Shown here piece by piece: positions 14,273 to 29,200 of a DNA stretch of 64,000 nucleotides. Both the position numbers and the translations under genes were made by a program. Source of the DNA: Bigelowiella natans CCMP2755 (Eukaryota; Protista; Cercozoa); assembly GCA_000320545.1 (NCBI GenBank), contig ADNK01001701.1, positions 62,001 through 126,000 on the forward strand. The letters run 5' to 3'. The notes below the pieces were generated by a model. That model saw only the letters and a program-made list of their open reading frames with translations, made no database searches and had not been told where the DNA came from. Each line of letters begins with the position of its first letter. The first letter of the stretch is position 1.

Positions 14273-16513
14273 ATGTTGGATGCACGACAGATCTTATTGT
14301 TTACCTTGCTCTCGAGTTTGGAAGCCTATTTTGTTCATTGCTTCCTCGCTTCTCCAACTCCACGAAATGATGAGACCGGCACGGCGGCTTTTACGATATT
14401 AAGAAACTCACCTCTTATCGTCGCTGCTGCGCATCAGGTTAGAGTATTAGAATATTTGAACTTATAAATTGGTGGATTTGCTAATTCTTGACGTTTCTAG
14501 TCGTTAATGGGTAGTAGAAAGTAGCAGCTTCACATATATTATTGACAATGATACTTGTTAGCTCATGTGGCTTTTTGGATCGACCCTTGCATCACTCTGT
14601 TTGGGCCAGTGTACACAGTCATCAAGAAGCAAACAACGGCAGAAAATAACAGATTGTTCTTATCACCGACTCAATAAGCGAAGTCTTGGCTTTTTTGTCA
14701 TAACCCATTCGCTTCACACGGCTGCTAAATTTTGCTCTTTAATGTATCTCTCACCGCTGGAATCTATTGCAGGGGAAGTATTCGTTACCCTTGCGAACAT
14801 TCTCCTCTATCTCACACATAAAGTAAATAAGGGGCTTGGTAATAGCAATAAGAGGCGTCAAGTGACTGCTTCAATTCTGGGCTTTATGACTATATGGGGT
14901 CTTGTGTTAACATTGTTGTCCTACATTTCTGTAGAAAAAGCCGAAGGGATTTTATACGCCGGGATATGTGGATTCATGTGGATGGCCAAGGCAGCAGTTG
15001 TTATTTTAGCCAATAATAATAATGAGCACCACCATCATCACCATCAAGATCATCGTAACCAAGAGAATAAGATACTAAGTGCAATGGTACTACCAAATCC
15101 CAATCAAGCAACTACTTTGATGCCATCTCCACTTGTCTCTTGGACAATTTTGAGTCCTTACGCCTCCTTCAAAGATATTGTACACGTCACATTACCAGCA
15201 AGCATACTTCTTTTCGTCGCAAGCTATCTGAGTGGAGAAGCAAAGAGAATCAGCGATATCGTCACAAACGCTGTTTTTGCAAGGAAATACTTCATGCCTC
15301 TTGGGTTCTTAGCCTTTAGTGGATTCATATCATTTCTTTCGTATACTAGCTTGCGATATTTGAAGGAGCTTTCCCCCCCCTCCTCCTCCTCATCCACTCC
15401 CTCAACCACACATGTTCCTTCTCTAGCTAGGTTTGGAGGAAGCAAGATCTGCAATCTAATGGAAAACTCTCAGTATACGACAACGACAACAACAACAACA
15501 ACAAAGGTATAATGATAATATTAATAATAATGACTGTTGGGAGAAGGGAGGTACAGTGCACAAATTGTGACATACATTCGTATATTATAGCTCATACTGA
15601 TCTACTAACACCTGTTTCTGACCTTTTCGAAAATAGGGGGAGGGGGTTGTAGCAGTCGTCGAGGCACTACGAGTGCCATCGGCTTTAATCGTGCAGCTAT
15701 TGCTATCAAGGAAACAACAGAAGCTCACTGTTATGGGGTTTCCATATTCAATATTGGTCAAAGGAATATTGATCTCGGCATGTACAGCTGCTCTTGCGTT
15801 TTTCGTAAACCACCTGCATTCCTCCCCCCCCAACCATAATCAACTGAGCGATCAGAATGAGAAGAGGATGATAGCGGCAAGTAGAGGGGGAAAGGACAAG
15901 TTGCATATTGAAGACGATGATGATGAAGAGGTGAAGGAGCAGGATGATGGTGATACGAAAGGCAAAGCGTGGATCATATCAGGGATTAAAGACAAGGGAG
16001 TCCACAGCAGGCAAGATAACCATCCACCCTGTTCCAGCAAGAAGAAGAAGAAGAAGAATAGGAAGAAGAAGGCGAAGAAAAACATCATATCGACTCTAGT
16101 CTCGCATTTTTTATTCCCATTTATGATTATCATCGGGTTGTGTATGCTTCAGTTCTTAAGTGTTGATAAGCTTCCCCAAATCATCAAGAGTAGTAGGACT
16201 ATGAGCTATGATCATGATGATGATGCACCAATACTCGCCGAAGGCAGCGCTGATACTATTAATTTTGGGGTTCTAAGTTTTGGTCGGAACGTCTTGAATT
16301 ATGCAAAGATTATGAGCGTTAAAGAGCATTGGATTGCTGAAGACATTCCTGAGTTCAATGCCAGAGTCGTGTTTGGAGCAGAAGGGGGCGGAGGAGGAGG
16401 AGGAAGGGGGGGGGGGACAAAAACGTCATCCATGGATAAAGCAACGAAAAGGAGGACGTTAATGATGGCAGCACCTGATGCTAATTTTAGCTACTACAGA
16501 TCTTATTCCTTCC

Positions 16514-16550
<37 letters not shown>

Positions 16551-18674
16551 TACCCATCTCAACAACACAACATCTGCTACTGCGACTTCTTCGCCTCTTT
16601 GTAAGCAGATGCAAGATCACGGACAGCCCTTCTCTGAGCAAGTGAGGCATTTGTTGCGTAGTAGCGAGAAGGAATGGATTGGAAGCCAGCGATATTTGAA
16701 TTATTCACGGTACAAATGGACTCCAAAGCATGCGATGTGGTATGTCTCCCGCCTCAATATCGATGCCGATACGCAGGATCACATGAGTCCAAGAGGCCAT
16801 ATTTGCGGAATTCGTAAGGTCAGGCAGCTGCTTCTACCAAATGCTGGAAATACAGCTTTAAGAATGTTAGTTGGAAGAGGAGGAAGAGTGCTTACAGCTG
16901 ATCCATCCGCCCCCCCCAATTCTGTTGCTATTCTCTTGCAAATGGACGTTGAGAAGCAAGTGTCGCACGAAATAAGGGAGGGAACACTGATGTGCCAATA
17001 TCTCTTTGCTTCCTATATTGCAAGGAAAAGCGTAGCACTAAACAATGAGGAAGGAGGGGGCAAGAGAAGAGGACATCCCTTAGCACCATCAATAACCTGG
17101 CTAGTTCATACACCTCCAAAGCCAAGAAACCTTGAGAGTAAAGTTGTGCCTAGATACTTCCGCAATTGGAAAATTGACGTCCTCAAGGCTCTTGGGGGTC
17201 GGGTCATCGAGCTTGATAACCCTCCGATATACGACAAAAGTAACGACAACAACAACAACAACGACAACTTTAGCACCACCAGCCTGTCCGTAGAAGGAGG
17301 AGAAGGAGGGGAAGGAGGAAGAGGAAAAGCAGAGAATAGCAGTAATAATGGTAAGGAGGCAGCAGGTCAAGATCAAAACGTTCTTCTCATCTTCCGAAGC
17401 CTATACACGACACCTTGGGAGGGGAAGATTCCACACGTATTGCTTCTTTGTTTGATCTTCGTTGGTGCTGTTATTGTTTTTCTGCTGTCATCGTTGACTG
17501 AGATGATGTAAGTGACATTGTTGTTGAATATTTTAAAAAGAATTTATAAAAGCAACACGTGCAAATGGTCTCACTACTGCCAATCCTGCTCATATGTCGT
17601 TATTCATTACGTATATATTAACATCATTCAGGTTGTAGATGATGAGAATGGAGGTCGCTTTGATAAAATACCTCACTGCGGAGGAGGCTATCGATTGTCA
17701 TGGACGGCGTCTTCTTGCTCAATGGACTTGAACTATATAGAAGTTGATCGCGCTCCTTTACCGATGTACACTGACTTTGCAGCATCTATCCGTAATGCGG
17801 TTATGGCTGCTAGAAGGGTGATGAATCACCAGCCAAAAGTCATATTTTTCCAGCGATCAATGAACCGAAGAATCGTTGATGTTGCTACATTAGACGCATA
17901 CCCCATCGTCAATGCTTTATGTAATAAAAACCTTCCTGTGGAAGTTACTGAGTTTAATGCAAGAACAAAAATACCGTTCCAGGATCAGGTGACGACAATG
18001 ATGATGATTTATTAATCTTACCAACATTTTGTACCAGCAGCTGCTGCAGCAGTAGTAGCAGAAGGAGTACTACTACTACTACTACTACTACTAGTAGTAG
18101 TAGTAGTAGTAGTAGTATGCAGTTATAATCGACAGTAGAAGCGTCAGCATGTACGTCCTTTTGTTTTCCATATTATGATTCTCTCATCGATTTATTACTG
18201 CAAGTAGTAGATAGTTGTGCCCGTAATAAGCGCGACTTTGGAACCATTCATCAGGTAAGATTGATGGCTCAAGCGACAGTGATGCTGACATCTCATGGAA
18301 CAAACATGTATAATGCCATGTGGATGTACCCTGGTTCTATTCTGATCGAAGTGACTCTACGACCGGGTAGCTGCTGTGCAGATAATAGAGAGGATGCAGC
18401 CAAGTACACCTTTCATCGCACGAAGAACCCTGACCCACCACTATGTTTTCCTGATTGTTCCCCCTACTACTTAAGTACTCCTATAAACTATATCTCTTCC
18501 TTCGGAATACGATGGAGGTATTATGACCCTGAATATACCGACCAATCGGAAGGTAGGATAGATCAGAGGGGTGCGCACAAATTGTATGTAATTGGTGAGC
18601 ACCTCGCTGGAATCGTCGAGGCAGCGCATCAAGATGTCTTATCGCTCCGCCGAAGTCATAAGCCACGTTTGTGA
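14273..18674 (+). CDS. Multi-pass DMT/nucleotide-sugar-transporter-like domain fused to a GT61 (DUF563)-like glycosyltransferase
   Basis: About 10 hydrophobic segments in the N-terminal half. C-terminal QVRLMAQATVMLTSHGTNMYNAMWMYPGSILIEV is a GT61 signature. A phase-0 intron 15507-15636 joins the two large ORFs. Confidence 0.7.
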
Positions 18675-18729
18675 TATAATACCTAAAGGCAGTAAAATTT
18701 CGATTTGAGTGCATACAGTATTCGTTCAA

Positions 18730-19830
18730 CATGCGGTCGAGTAATCCGCGATGTACGTCGCAAAAGCTACCTAAAAAAGATGCTATGTGTAGGATCATGT
18801 GCTGCCATGCACACACAACCGTACACAAAACCGCATGCATGCCACACAATCACCGCATACTGTGCATGCATGCATGCGTCTAGACATGTGTAATGTGCAC
18901 TAACTGTCACAAGTATCCCCCAAGCTAGCAAGTAACACGTCTAATACGATGTAGACCTAGAGACGTGCGCTTGCTTGCATGTACATGTGCATACACACAC
19001 ATGATGGCTTGTTAAATGATACTAGATTGATGATTGAATGCGCTATCTAGTCATGTTGATTGGCTTCACACCGCAATATACTCGTCGCGAAAAATGGACA
19101 AAAAATTGTCTAGATTGTTGCGCGCATGCATGCACCACTGGACTAGCTAGCAGGTGTGTCACACTGGCATGCGAGCGTCACATCCAGATAAGGACACACT
19201 GCTAAACGATCGCGTAGCACACAGGCTGTCGTTCTAGCGTTGGTGAGGATGCGATCACGAATCACGAAAACAACAGTCTGTGTCCATTCATGCAGGTAGC
19301 CAGCAAACTGTGCCGCTTGTGCATGTCCAAATGAATGCAGCTAGGCATGCATGTGTGATCGAACATGCATGCAACGCTCAAATCTGTGGATTTCACTAGT
19401 TTGCATGTGGGGTTGCATCGAACGGCTCTGCCGAGCACCAGAGCACGTGAGGCACACTGGCGCAAAATGGCGCAGCTGCACACAGCTATAATGGGCAGGC
19501 TAGCAGGGGCACAGGTGATTGTCATGCTGCATCGCATCCCATGGGCATCCACAGCGCTGCAACGCACCAGCTAGCGCATTAGAACTCATTGTATGTATCC
19601 CTAGCTCGAGTTCCAATTGCATAGCGTCCAGCATGTCATTCGTTCGTTGCTTATTTCTGGCTGCAGTACGTTTTGTGGCATGTCGTGAGTGTAGCACATG
19701 TTGTACCCATCAATGCGCTAAACTAGCTGAGCTAGAGTCCCTACGAAATTTCGAGTTAAATTGGACGTAGGTCAAGAGACTTGTCAGTTCATGTGATGCA
19801 TGCACCATGCACCATACATTTCTCGTTGTG
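18730..19830. other. TpA-depleted, CTAG-rich intergenic island 3
   Basis: Core at about 19120-19580 is dominated by tgca/catg/gctagc with few non-CTAG TA. Confidence 0.8.
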
Positions 19831-20160
19831 TTTGTACTGCTGTGCCCTCGAACTACTTATTTCGCACTGCTTCAATTGTACTACAGCATCCACGGATTGT
19901 TGGATTGTTATTGCTGTAACACTAACTATGCTTCATCGGTACTCTACGTTCTACTTCATCTTGTGTGTGTAGAATAATATCCGAATGATAGTATTTCATT
20001 TTGTCGAATCAAATGATAGAAATTCGAAAAAAACATACCAATAATAATTACACGGCGAAAGGAATATATTGATGTTCACGTGATATGACAGCAAAAACAA
20101 CAACGCTTCAAGGATATAAGACTCGGCTAGAAAACCGTTGTGTGTGTGTGTGTGTGTGTG

Positions 20161-20192
<32 letters not shown>

Positions 20193-20437
20193 CGCTCCAA
20201 TACTATCTTGAGTTCATCGTAAGGTTGCCAGGCAAGAGTTAGCGGATATTAAGTAATAAAAACGTCAAATAAAAGATCACTCGTTCCTTCTAATCTTTAC
20301 ATGTTACATCATCATTTATGATTTAGCCACTACTGCCATTATGCGTCCATCTCTTCGGCCATTCGCGAAAAAGCAGATGGATTTCCAGATTTAAGTTTTT
20401 GTCTACCTCCCTTCAGATAGATTGCGTAAAAAATGTC

Positions 20438-21843
20438 TTATTCATGCAGTTGATGGTGATCACAAGGATGATGAATCTGCTCATCAGCATCCTCAGGGTT
20501 CAGAAGAGTTTCAGCTTCGTCGGCGGAGGAGTATTCAGCTTCATATTCCTCCTCGTGTTCATCATTTTCATCATCGTCGCATATCTTGTCAGGTAACAAA
20601 GTACTCTGGGAAGATTTATCAGCAGGTACTTTCCCAGCCTCCTCCTCCGCACAGAGTATTGCAGTTATGTTTTCACTCTCAACGTCCGTTTGGGATCCAA
20701 GAGCATGACACTTACTACTAACATCGCCTTTATTACTGTCTTCGGGAGCATTCGATGCCTTATTTCCTTTCTTCCTCTTCCAAGCAGTCAAAGAGGTTCT
20801 CAGCTCTGTGTCCAGCATATCTGTAAAAGTAGGACATCAAGGGGCTGGATTAGATTTGCTCTCGACGCGGAGTTAGTTAGTTACAAGTAGAAAACAAAGT
20901 TGCTACTACTTACGAACACAAAATGGATAACAGCGATGACATTTTTCTGTTCCTCATCAACACACATCTTTATACGAGTATCAGAATTTGTTTTTCTCGA
21001 GCTGCAGCCCAGCTATTGTTAGTTTTGTACAGGGTAGCTTGCTTTTTAATGTTATCCTTACGTTTCCTGCAGGCAACTTGCTCATAAAGTGCTTTCGCTA
21101 CAGCCACCAATCCAAGGGTAAAGGAGAAAACAATTACTGTTACTGTCTTACGCCCGACCGACCACTGTATTGATATCATTTCAAAAATAAAGATGGTAAA
21201 CATGAGTATTGTCATGTACAGGCAGCCCATATCTCTTAAGACAGAAATAATGGGAATTCTGCAACACAGCCCATTCTCATCATCATATTGGGGGGGGGGT
21301 TCAGCTGCTGCTTCGACTTTATTCAAATTGGCGTAACCTGCCTCTCTATCGTCTTCCGACGACTACTCACAACGTAGCGTCATTAATTATCCTATGCTAC
21401 ACCAGATACTCGCTATAAAACCCCTAAATTAAGTGTGAAGAAGGAGGGAGGTAAGATCATACCTCAAATAGACTCTGAAGAACAGATTGACTTTTTCCGC
21501 CAAGCAGCGATTGCAAGTTGCTCTGGATAAAACCATGGAAACTATAGATGGATTCGTAGATTGTTCTATAATGATTTTGATCATTCTTGAGTGTTATCCC
21601 ATCATCGATCGTTTCTGGGAGGCCAGATAGCTTATGAATTTCATTTTGGATGAGCGTGGTATTAGGGCTGAAGGCTATGAAGGCAGTAGCGTTACTGCTA
21701 AAACTTGGCAGATCTGAGAGCTCATTCAGTGGCTCCTGCCTTAATCCGAATTTAGCATCCGAAAGGGATTCACAGAGAAATATTTTGGAAACAGCGATGA
21801 TGGCACAACAGAGTGCCCCTGTGCCTAGTCGAGGGGTCGCCAT
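20438..21843 (-). CDS. Hypothetical membrane protein (signal peptide, TM segments, acidic tail)
   Basis: ORFs 21457-21843, 20970-21326 and 20438-20818 are bounded by splice sites; hydrophobic segments present; no family recognised. Confidence 0.55.
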
Positions 21844-22326
21844 AGTCTAGATCATAAAGCCAGTGTGTAGATCTACGGTCGGTGAAATGTGTGTCTCAAC
21901 TTCACTGATCCTGTTACTTAGATCATTAAGGCTAAATGTTGTTGACGTAGATCTAAAATGCCTTGTATTTACTACAGAAAGTAATGCTGTACCGCATATA
22001 CCCCTTAAAACCTGAAATAAGCAGTCGACGATTTGCTACCAACGACCGACTTTTAGAATACATTTTATCGGGCATTATTTTCTCGAGCACATGTGTCTTG
22101 TGCGATAACTACGACATGGAAAGTTCGGTCAAGCCCAAAAAAGTAGCATGCTTTCGTCATCATACGACAAATATATTCGATGGTCAATCAAACAGTAGGC
22201 ATTTCTTATTGTACGACAACACAAAACTGCCCATACTTTTAGAAACTTCTCAACTAAAATTCATTCCTGGAGCATCAAGCACAATGCGTGCCCACCTCCA
22301 TCGGTTGGAGAATTCACAGTAGTTAG

Positions 22327-22727
22327 ATGAAGTACGGTGTGGTCCTACTCATATTAGTTGCAACTTACTGCTGTCCTTCTTCGTGCCAGGTTTTCCCTCC
22401 CCTTTTTACTTCAATGTTATTAATGGCTCTGATCCATTTACTACTACTACCGACAATTATCCCTGATTCTCGTGTGGTGTCCATTCCATCCACTATTTCT
22501 AGCAGCAACCCTATCATCATTGTCATGATCCTACTGTCTCCTATTCCTCGAAGTTCAAAATAGAAGGGGATTCAAACTTCCAACAGGTCTTCGTTACACC
22601 ATCATTCAAGAGTAGTAGTACTACATTGATTCCTAATAGCTCTTGCTTCGTAAGTAGCACACGAGCTATTGATTTGCATGCTAATACATCTTGCTTCGTA
22701 ATTAATAGCACACGAGCTGTCGATACC

Positions 22728-22783
<56 letters not shown>

Positions 22784-23856
22784 CACCGCTTCAATGGTCC
22801 ACTCCGTATTTTATGTGTGCGAACAGCGAACACTGAGTGCTTATAATAAAAAATTGGCACGAATATTCTCGGCAAGAGCGCTATATCTTGATTATTATAG
22901 ATAGTGTTGCGGTGTTTGTTATATGAGAGCGTGCTTGCGGGGGGCGGGGTTGCTTTGAGGCAGCACCGGAAAAAGGGACGATAAATACACCATGACTCAT
23001 TGCTTCTACCTCCCGCTACAAATGAATTATTCCAACGATACCATCGATATTGAGGAAAACCGAATGCACACGGCAGTATTGCATTGTGAGATAATATTAT
23101 CCACACACCATTTCCAGATTCCTGTTTTCATTGCCACATTATCTATATTTGTGTACACATTTCTCTGCCTTTTCTCTTTCATATTGTTCTCATCATGCAG
23201 AAAAAATACTTGAAAGCAGCAGTTTCGTACACCAGAGCATTGGAGCAGAGTAGGCATAATAACCTCACGATTAGAAGTAACAGGGTTATGGCCTTGATGA
23301 AAGCAGGACTCTTTAGCAAAGCATTGCAGGACTGCGACATCATCCTGCACGACCATCCGGACCATTTTAAGACGTAATATGTAAGAGAGTATACACCATC
23401 CTGCACAACCATCCAGACCATATAAAGACATAATATGTAAGAATCTATGCTTCTTGAGTCTGTGTCCATTAACTGATGATTTCGAATTACCTTCATCAAC
23501 TCAACATGTTGATATTTTTCGGATATAAAGTCGTAATTTTTTGAATCATCATCATCATCATCGTCGTCGTCGTCAGCTTGGCACTATGTATTTAGGCTTT
23601 ATAGAAAGGGGTCTATGCTGAAGGCTGTCGCAGATGTAAATCTTGATAAAGAGAGAGAGGGGAAAGATCTTATGACCAAGGCGTATCAAGCTTTGAAGAA
23701 GGTAATCATAACTTACGTTAGATGTTCTAGATGTTCTACTAACACCTCGACTGCACAATATTTGCACATACATAGATCACTAACACCTCGACCGCACAAT
23801 AATTGCACATACATAGATCAATTAAGAACATGGAGAATATACTCTTTTTCTCTTTC

Positions 23857-23899
<43 letters not shown>

Positions 23900-24862
23900 A
23901 GTATATGTATAAATGTATCACATCCGAGTATCATATTTAGTGCTTGTAATAATGCCAATTTTCGGTTGCATAATCATGATTCTTCTGCCTCCCTCCCCCC
24001 CTCGCAATATTGTACATATGTACGTACATAGGCTCTTTCTATGTGTCCTTCATCATTTGAGGTCGGAAAGCTACTACAGGATGTACATGATGCATTGGTG
24101 CCGCCAAAGCATATGCAGGGGTTTCTTGTTTCAAACGAAGGGACTCTTTCTAACTCTAATCTAGAGGTTGTGGCGAGGGAGAATGCTACTACAAATACAT
24201 TATCAGCATCAGCAGCATCTTTGGAAAATCGTAGCAACGACGACAATAATCTATCGAGCTATTCACCGATGTCGTCTTCTAAGAGGACAACGACGAGTAA
24301 AAGGACGGGTGTCAATGATAAGACCACGATGCCATCAAGGCCGCAACAACCTCCTCTCTCTTCCCTCCCGTCGCTGCGGCATGAGTCCAATTTGCCTGAG
24401 GTAGTAGTAGCGCGATGAGTTTCGAACGCATGTTAGAACATGTTGTCCATAGTCCGTAATGTAATGCTCATTGGCTAGAGCGGCTACTTGTCCTTCTCCA
24501 TCATCATCATTATCATCATCATCATCATGATTATCCATCCATCCGTTCCCTCACTATTTTCCTTGTCAGTACCTACATCGCATGATCTTAACTGCGGCAC
24601 GACTGCTACGCACCAATGGAACAAACATCACTCCGCAATATTGGATGTTCCATCCACAAGATAGTACTGGTCCTCTTAAAGAATGCGATTTCTCGACAGG
24701 TATTTGTATTTGTGTTTGTGTTTGATGTGTGGTAGCTTTGCTTAACGTAGGATACATGTGACAAAGTAGTGGTATAAAAAAAAAGAAGAAATAGGCCTTA
24801 AGAGGCTGATTAACATAAATCAGTAATGAAAGCTTGTTCAAACGATGATCGATTAGATACTG

Positions 24863-24897
<35 letters not shown>

Positions 24898-25509
24898 GCA
24901 AGTGGTACTGCTACTTTATTATTGCGGTTCTACACCGTCTGTCATTATCAACAACCAATCAATGTTTTCTTTGTTTATTAGTTTTATCAGCTTGACCTTG
25001 ACAACAGCATGCAACACACAAATGACAAAACACAAAGAAAACTTTTGTTTCACATTATAACTTATATCAATACTGCTGCTACTACTACTACTACTACTGC
25101 TGCTACCCTGACCCACGATTCCCTTGAAAACCATAACCCAGTGCAAATCCCAGACGCATTCCGAAGTGCAGAGACGGTGTCGCAATGTTCGCGTACACTT
25201 GCTGACGTCGTGAGACGTAGAGGCGTAGTTGCAGCTTGCACGGTAGTCCCCCGCAGTCAAATACATTTCCCTACATCCTGGCAGGACGCTTCGAATAACA
25301 TCAATTTTGATGGGATTGTATTTCAAGTTGAGCAAAGATACGGTAAGCGTGTCATCTTCTTGCCGCATCTTCCACCTGGCACCACGCTGTTCAACAATAC
25401 TGAAGAGATGGCTAACGGGCAGGAGGAGGGCCAGCAGGAAGAGATTACTGATGCATTAGAGATGGATGAGGAAGAATATGCCCTCCACTCTGTTTGGGAT
25501 CTACTTTGA
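22327..25509 (+). CDS. TPR-containing hypothetical protein (multi-exon)
   Basis: YLKAAVSYTRALEQ..IRSNRVMALMKAGLFSKALQDCDIIL..PDHFKTLYRKG is a typical TPR pair. The 5' exons and start codon are uncertain. Confidence 0.65.
22731..22780. repeat. (AT)n microsatellite, representative of many intronic or UTR SSRs (e.g. 8292-8328, 55433-55477; (GTA)n 9068-9097; (AG)n 44878-44912; (TG)n 44108-44140)
   Basis: Directly visible perfect repeats. Confidence 0.95.
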
Positions 25510-26259
25510 TTTACATATGAGTAGAGCAAGTTAGATAACCAGTGCATTTGTTTGATGATGCCTCGCTACTTCGTCGAAACATCCATACCTAAACATGCTG
25601 TCATGTTGCACATTGCATGGCGTCAGCGTGTGAAATGTTGTGCTTGCTAGCTTGTGTGTTGTGCCGCCACTAGGATCAACGGATTAATAAGTCAAACATG
25701 CGCACGCTAGCGTACACAATCTTCACCACAATCAATCACATTGACATGATGACTCACAACTATACTGACTAAATGACCATTTCCACATTCGTGCGTGCGT
25801 GTCCGTCTCTAGCTCTAGAGCTAGCAAGACGTGCATGCGGACATCGATGACAATCTAGAAGTGTTCAGCTTCATTGCATGTGCCAAAACAACCACTGTGG
25901 CTGTGGCATGCATGCGCAGTGTGGCAGTCATGGATGTTTGCCTTGCTCGTTGACTTGACAATCTAGCAGTGCTGCTAGCAATGCCAATCATCAGGGCTCT
26001 GGGCTAGCCATGGGGCTCGCTAGCTAGCTAGCTTGCTGCAGGCCCACTAGCCCAGCTCTTGAGAGAGCCAGAGGCGCGCTAGCACGGCAGCGCTGGGCCT
26101 TTGCTTGCTGGCATTGGTGCGAATGGTTTTTGCCAATGACTTGAATGATCTGGTTGATGACTAGATGATGTCAGCTAGTCAGCGTCGCAACCTGACAATT
26201 GACGATGCCCATTTGCTGGAGGGCTCTTGATTTTTCCAGACAATGATGGACTTCCAGAC

Positions 26260-29200
26260 TGGAGCTGGGCACAAATGATTTTTTTCATTGTTTGGAAACA
26301 TTTTCATTTTTTCTGAACAAGCACTTGATTTGAACAAGTGATGCCCTCACTCATGTCGCGAAACTGGCACTTGGTTTGTTCAAGTGATGTCAGAACAAGA
26401 AAAAGTGTTTGCAAACACGTTTGCAAACATTTTCCTGTGAAAATTGTTTGCAAACAATTGCGAAACGTTCCCGCGCAGCTCTGGAGCTGCGCGCAAAGGC
26501 ACGACGTGACAGACCAAGTCACAATGTGTGCAAGTGCAACGTGTGACAAAGGAAACAAACAATCGTGCAGACACAACTTCACAACTCACCATGGATTGTG
26601 GACACAGTTGTGGACATTGCACGCACATGGATGCAGCATTGCAACAGCATGCATGCTCAGTGCTCAGCACTCAGCCCCACAGACTCAGAAACTGTTTTTC
26701 TCCACTTTTGAACCTCCAGCTGTGTCTTTCTCTTGTTTGAGAACTTTCCAAAGTCTGTCCAACTTTGACGATTTGTTGAGCATCGCATCAATGCTTCAAC
26801 TTTGTCTGTCGACAATGCACTTCGACACGCTGTCAGCACCAAGCCTGCACAAAGCCACACAACGAGAAGATGCGTTCGGACTCGACTGACGTGGCTGGTG
26901 TGGACAAGTGGTGTCTAGCAACAACTGCCAAACTGGGAAAGTTCTTGTGATGCTTTCTCCACCAATCAAAGACGTCCAGATTTGTGACCCCGCAGGCTTC
27001 AGTTCTCGCCATGGTTTTCTCACAACTTTCAAATTCCACTCTGGCTTTGGCGAGCGCACCTTCATTGTCTTCGTCATTGAAGTTGCTGATCGAACAATCA
27101 TCTTCGGACACGCTGTCCGATTTGCAAGTCGCCAATGCCAGTTCCAGCTCAGATGCCTTTGATGAGCTCGCGCAACCACTCTCTTCCTCGGCAACGTCAA
27201 TTGACTTTTGGCGTTGCAATGACTCTTCACGTTGCTTGGCCTCAACACGTTCAGCTTTGAGCACCTCTTCAACTTGCTCGATGAGCTTCAAGTGAATTGC
27301 TTTTCTTGCTTCCTCACCAGGTGCAAACTTGAGTTTGTGTCGACGCGGATCCAAGCGGGCAGCGATCAGAACTTCAGGTTTCCCGATTCTGATTTTCCAA
27401 GAACGTTCCATGCTGGCATGCCCTTTGCTGAGGACAGTGCAAGTCTTCGAGCATCGCTTCTGTCTGCACCTGTGCCAGCGGATGCAGCTCTCAACTTCAA
27501 AGTTGCTGCCATCCACAACGGTGCTGCGACGCTGAGTGCAACAAGTTTCACAGAACACAACACGTCGGTCGTCAGCTTCAGTGGTTGAAGGCACTTTGTG
27601 AGCTGAGCGATCAGTTCCCGTGTCTGCGGAGAAATTGACATTCTTGAAATTTTTGACTTGCTCGTCGAAAGAACTTTGCCGATGTGAGATCTCAGGGTGC
27701 ACGCACGTTGCAACACGTCGTGAGTTGAGTTCCACCGCGTCGGGACGTCAATTGGCAATTTCAATGCTTCGCTGTGGGCATCATTGGCACCTGCACCAGG
27801 TTGCTGAGACTTCATGAACTCTGCAGTGGCTTTGTTGCTTCTTCTGAAGTGTGTGCAGACTTGCCGCACCCGCTTGATTGCAATTTCAATTGACAATCCA
27901 GCGTTTGCAAGTTCGTTGACAGCGTGGTCGCTGAGGCAACCTCCATCATCGTCTCCACCAACCAACATCGAAGGGTCAGAAGTTGTGTCTTGGTCAACAA
28001 ACGTTGATTCCAACTGAGATTCTTCCTGATCGATGACACCCACTTCTCCCGTGGGTGCTGACAATTTTGTCGGCCAGAGCAGCTTCAACGACGAGATTCA
28101 GACAACGAGCAGCGCAACTGAGACATTGCTTTGTGTCGTGATCCCTTTTTGGAAGCTCACAAGCTTCAGTTGCATCACTCCCGTTGTCCCTTGTGATGGT
28201 GAGTGTCTTCTCCGCATTCATCAACTTTTGAACAGGCAGAAGCTCGTCTCGAACGTTTTTGGCCAACCTTTCAGCAGTCTTGGATCCTCGGAGAGCCTTG
28301 ATTGATGTGGGAAGCATCCTCAGCTCAAACTCTGCGGTGAGACGTTGTGCTGTCATGCTCTCAAACTCGTCCTGCGCTCTGGAGGACCAGCGCCATCAGT
28401 CGTCAAAGCGATTGAACCTCCTTTCACTTTGGACAATTCCGCTGCTGTCACCTTCCTTGCAAGAGTGAACTTTGCCACCAGCACCCCTGAAACGTTTCTT
28501 CGTGATGGTGTTTTGAGTTCAGGTGAGAACTTTTCACAAAAGTTCTTGTGTCCAGGTTTTTCCACCATCGATGACGCATTGACGTCGATGATGATCACGT
28601 TTGTTGCTTCATTGGCAAGGTCTGCACTCGACGCTTTGAAGAAATTGCTCATGGTTGACTTGGACCTGGACCTTTTGGGAGCTGTGAACAAAGGTTTTGA
28701 TCAAAAAAAGGCTCCACTCAACGACATCAATGAACCCAAAGGATTTGAACCTGTGCTTTGCTTTTCTTTGTGGTGTGTCCTGGTCAGGTGGCTTGCCAGT
28801 GCGTTCGCAGCACCTGACACCTCCTTGTTGCAAGTGTTGCAAACTGCACGCTCTGGTTTCTGCCCTTTCACACTGGTTGCCCACTGCCATGCCCAAGACC
28901 TTCCAACGATCTTTTTGGTTCTCTGTTGACTTTGTTCACAATCTTCGTCTGTGCAATGACCACAAAGAACAAGAATCACGTTGAAGTTGACATTGACCAT
29001 GATGGCAAACAGGACACGTGGAAAAGTTCAACGTGTCAAACCTTCTTCTTCGACACCCGATGAGCTGGGATTCTGTCGGTCTTTGGATTCAAAATTGGGC
29101 TGTTCGTCAATGACAAGACTTTCTTTGACGTTTGCTGCACGAATGACGTCTCCTCCTTCTCCCGGATGCACGTCCAAAGGCGCTGGTGCGAAGTCAACTC

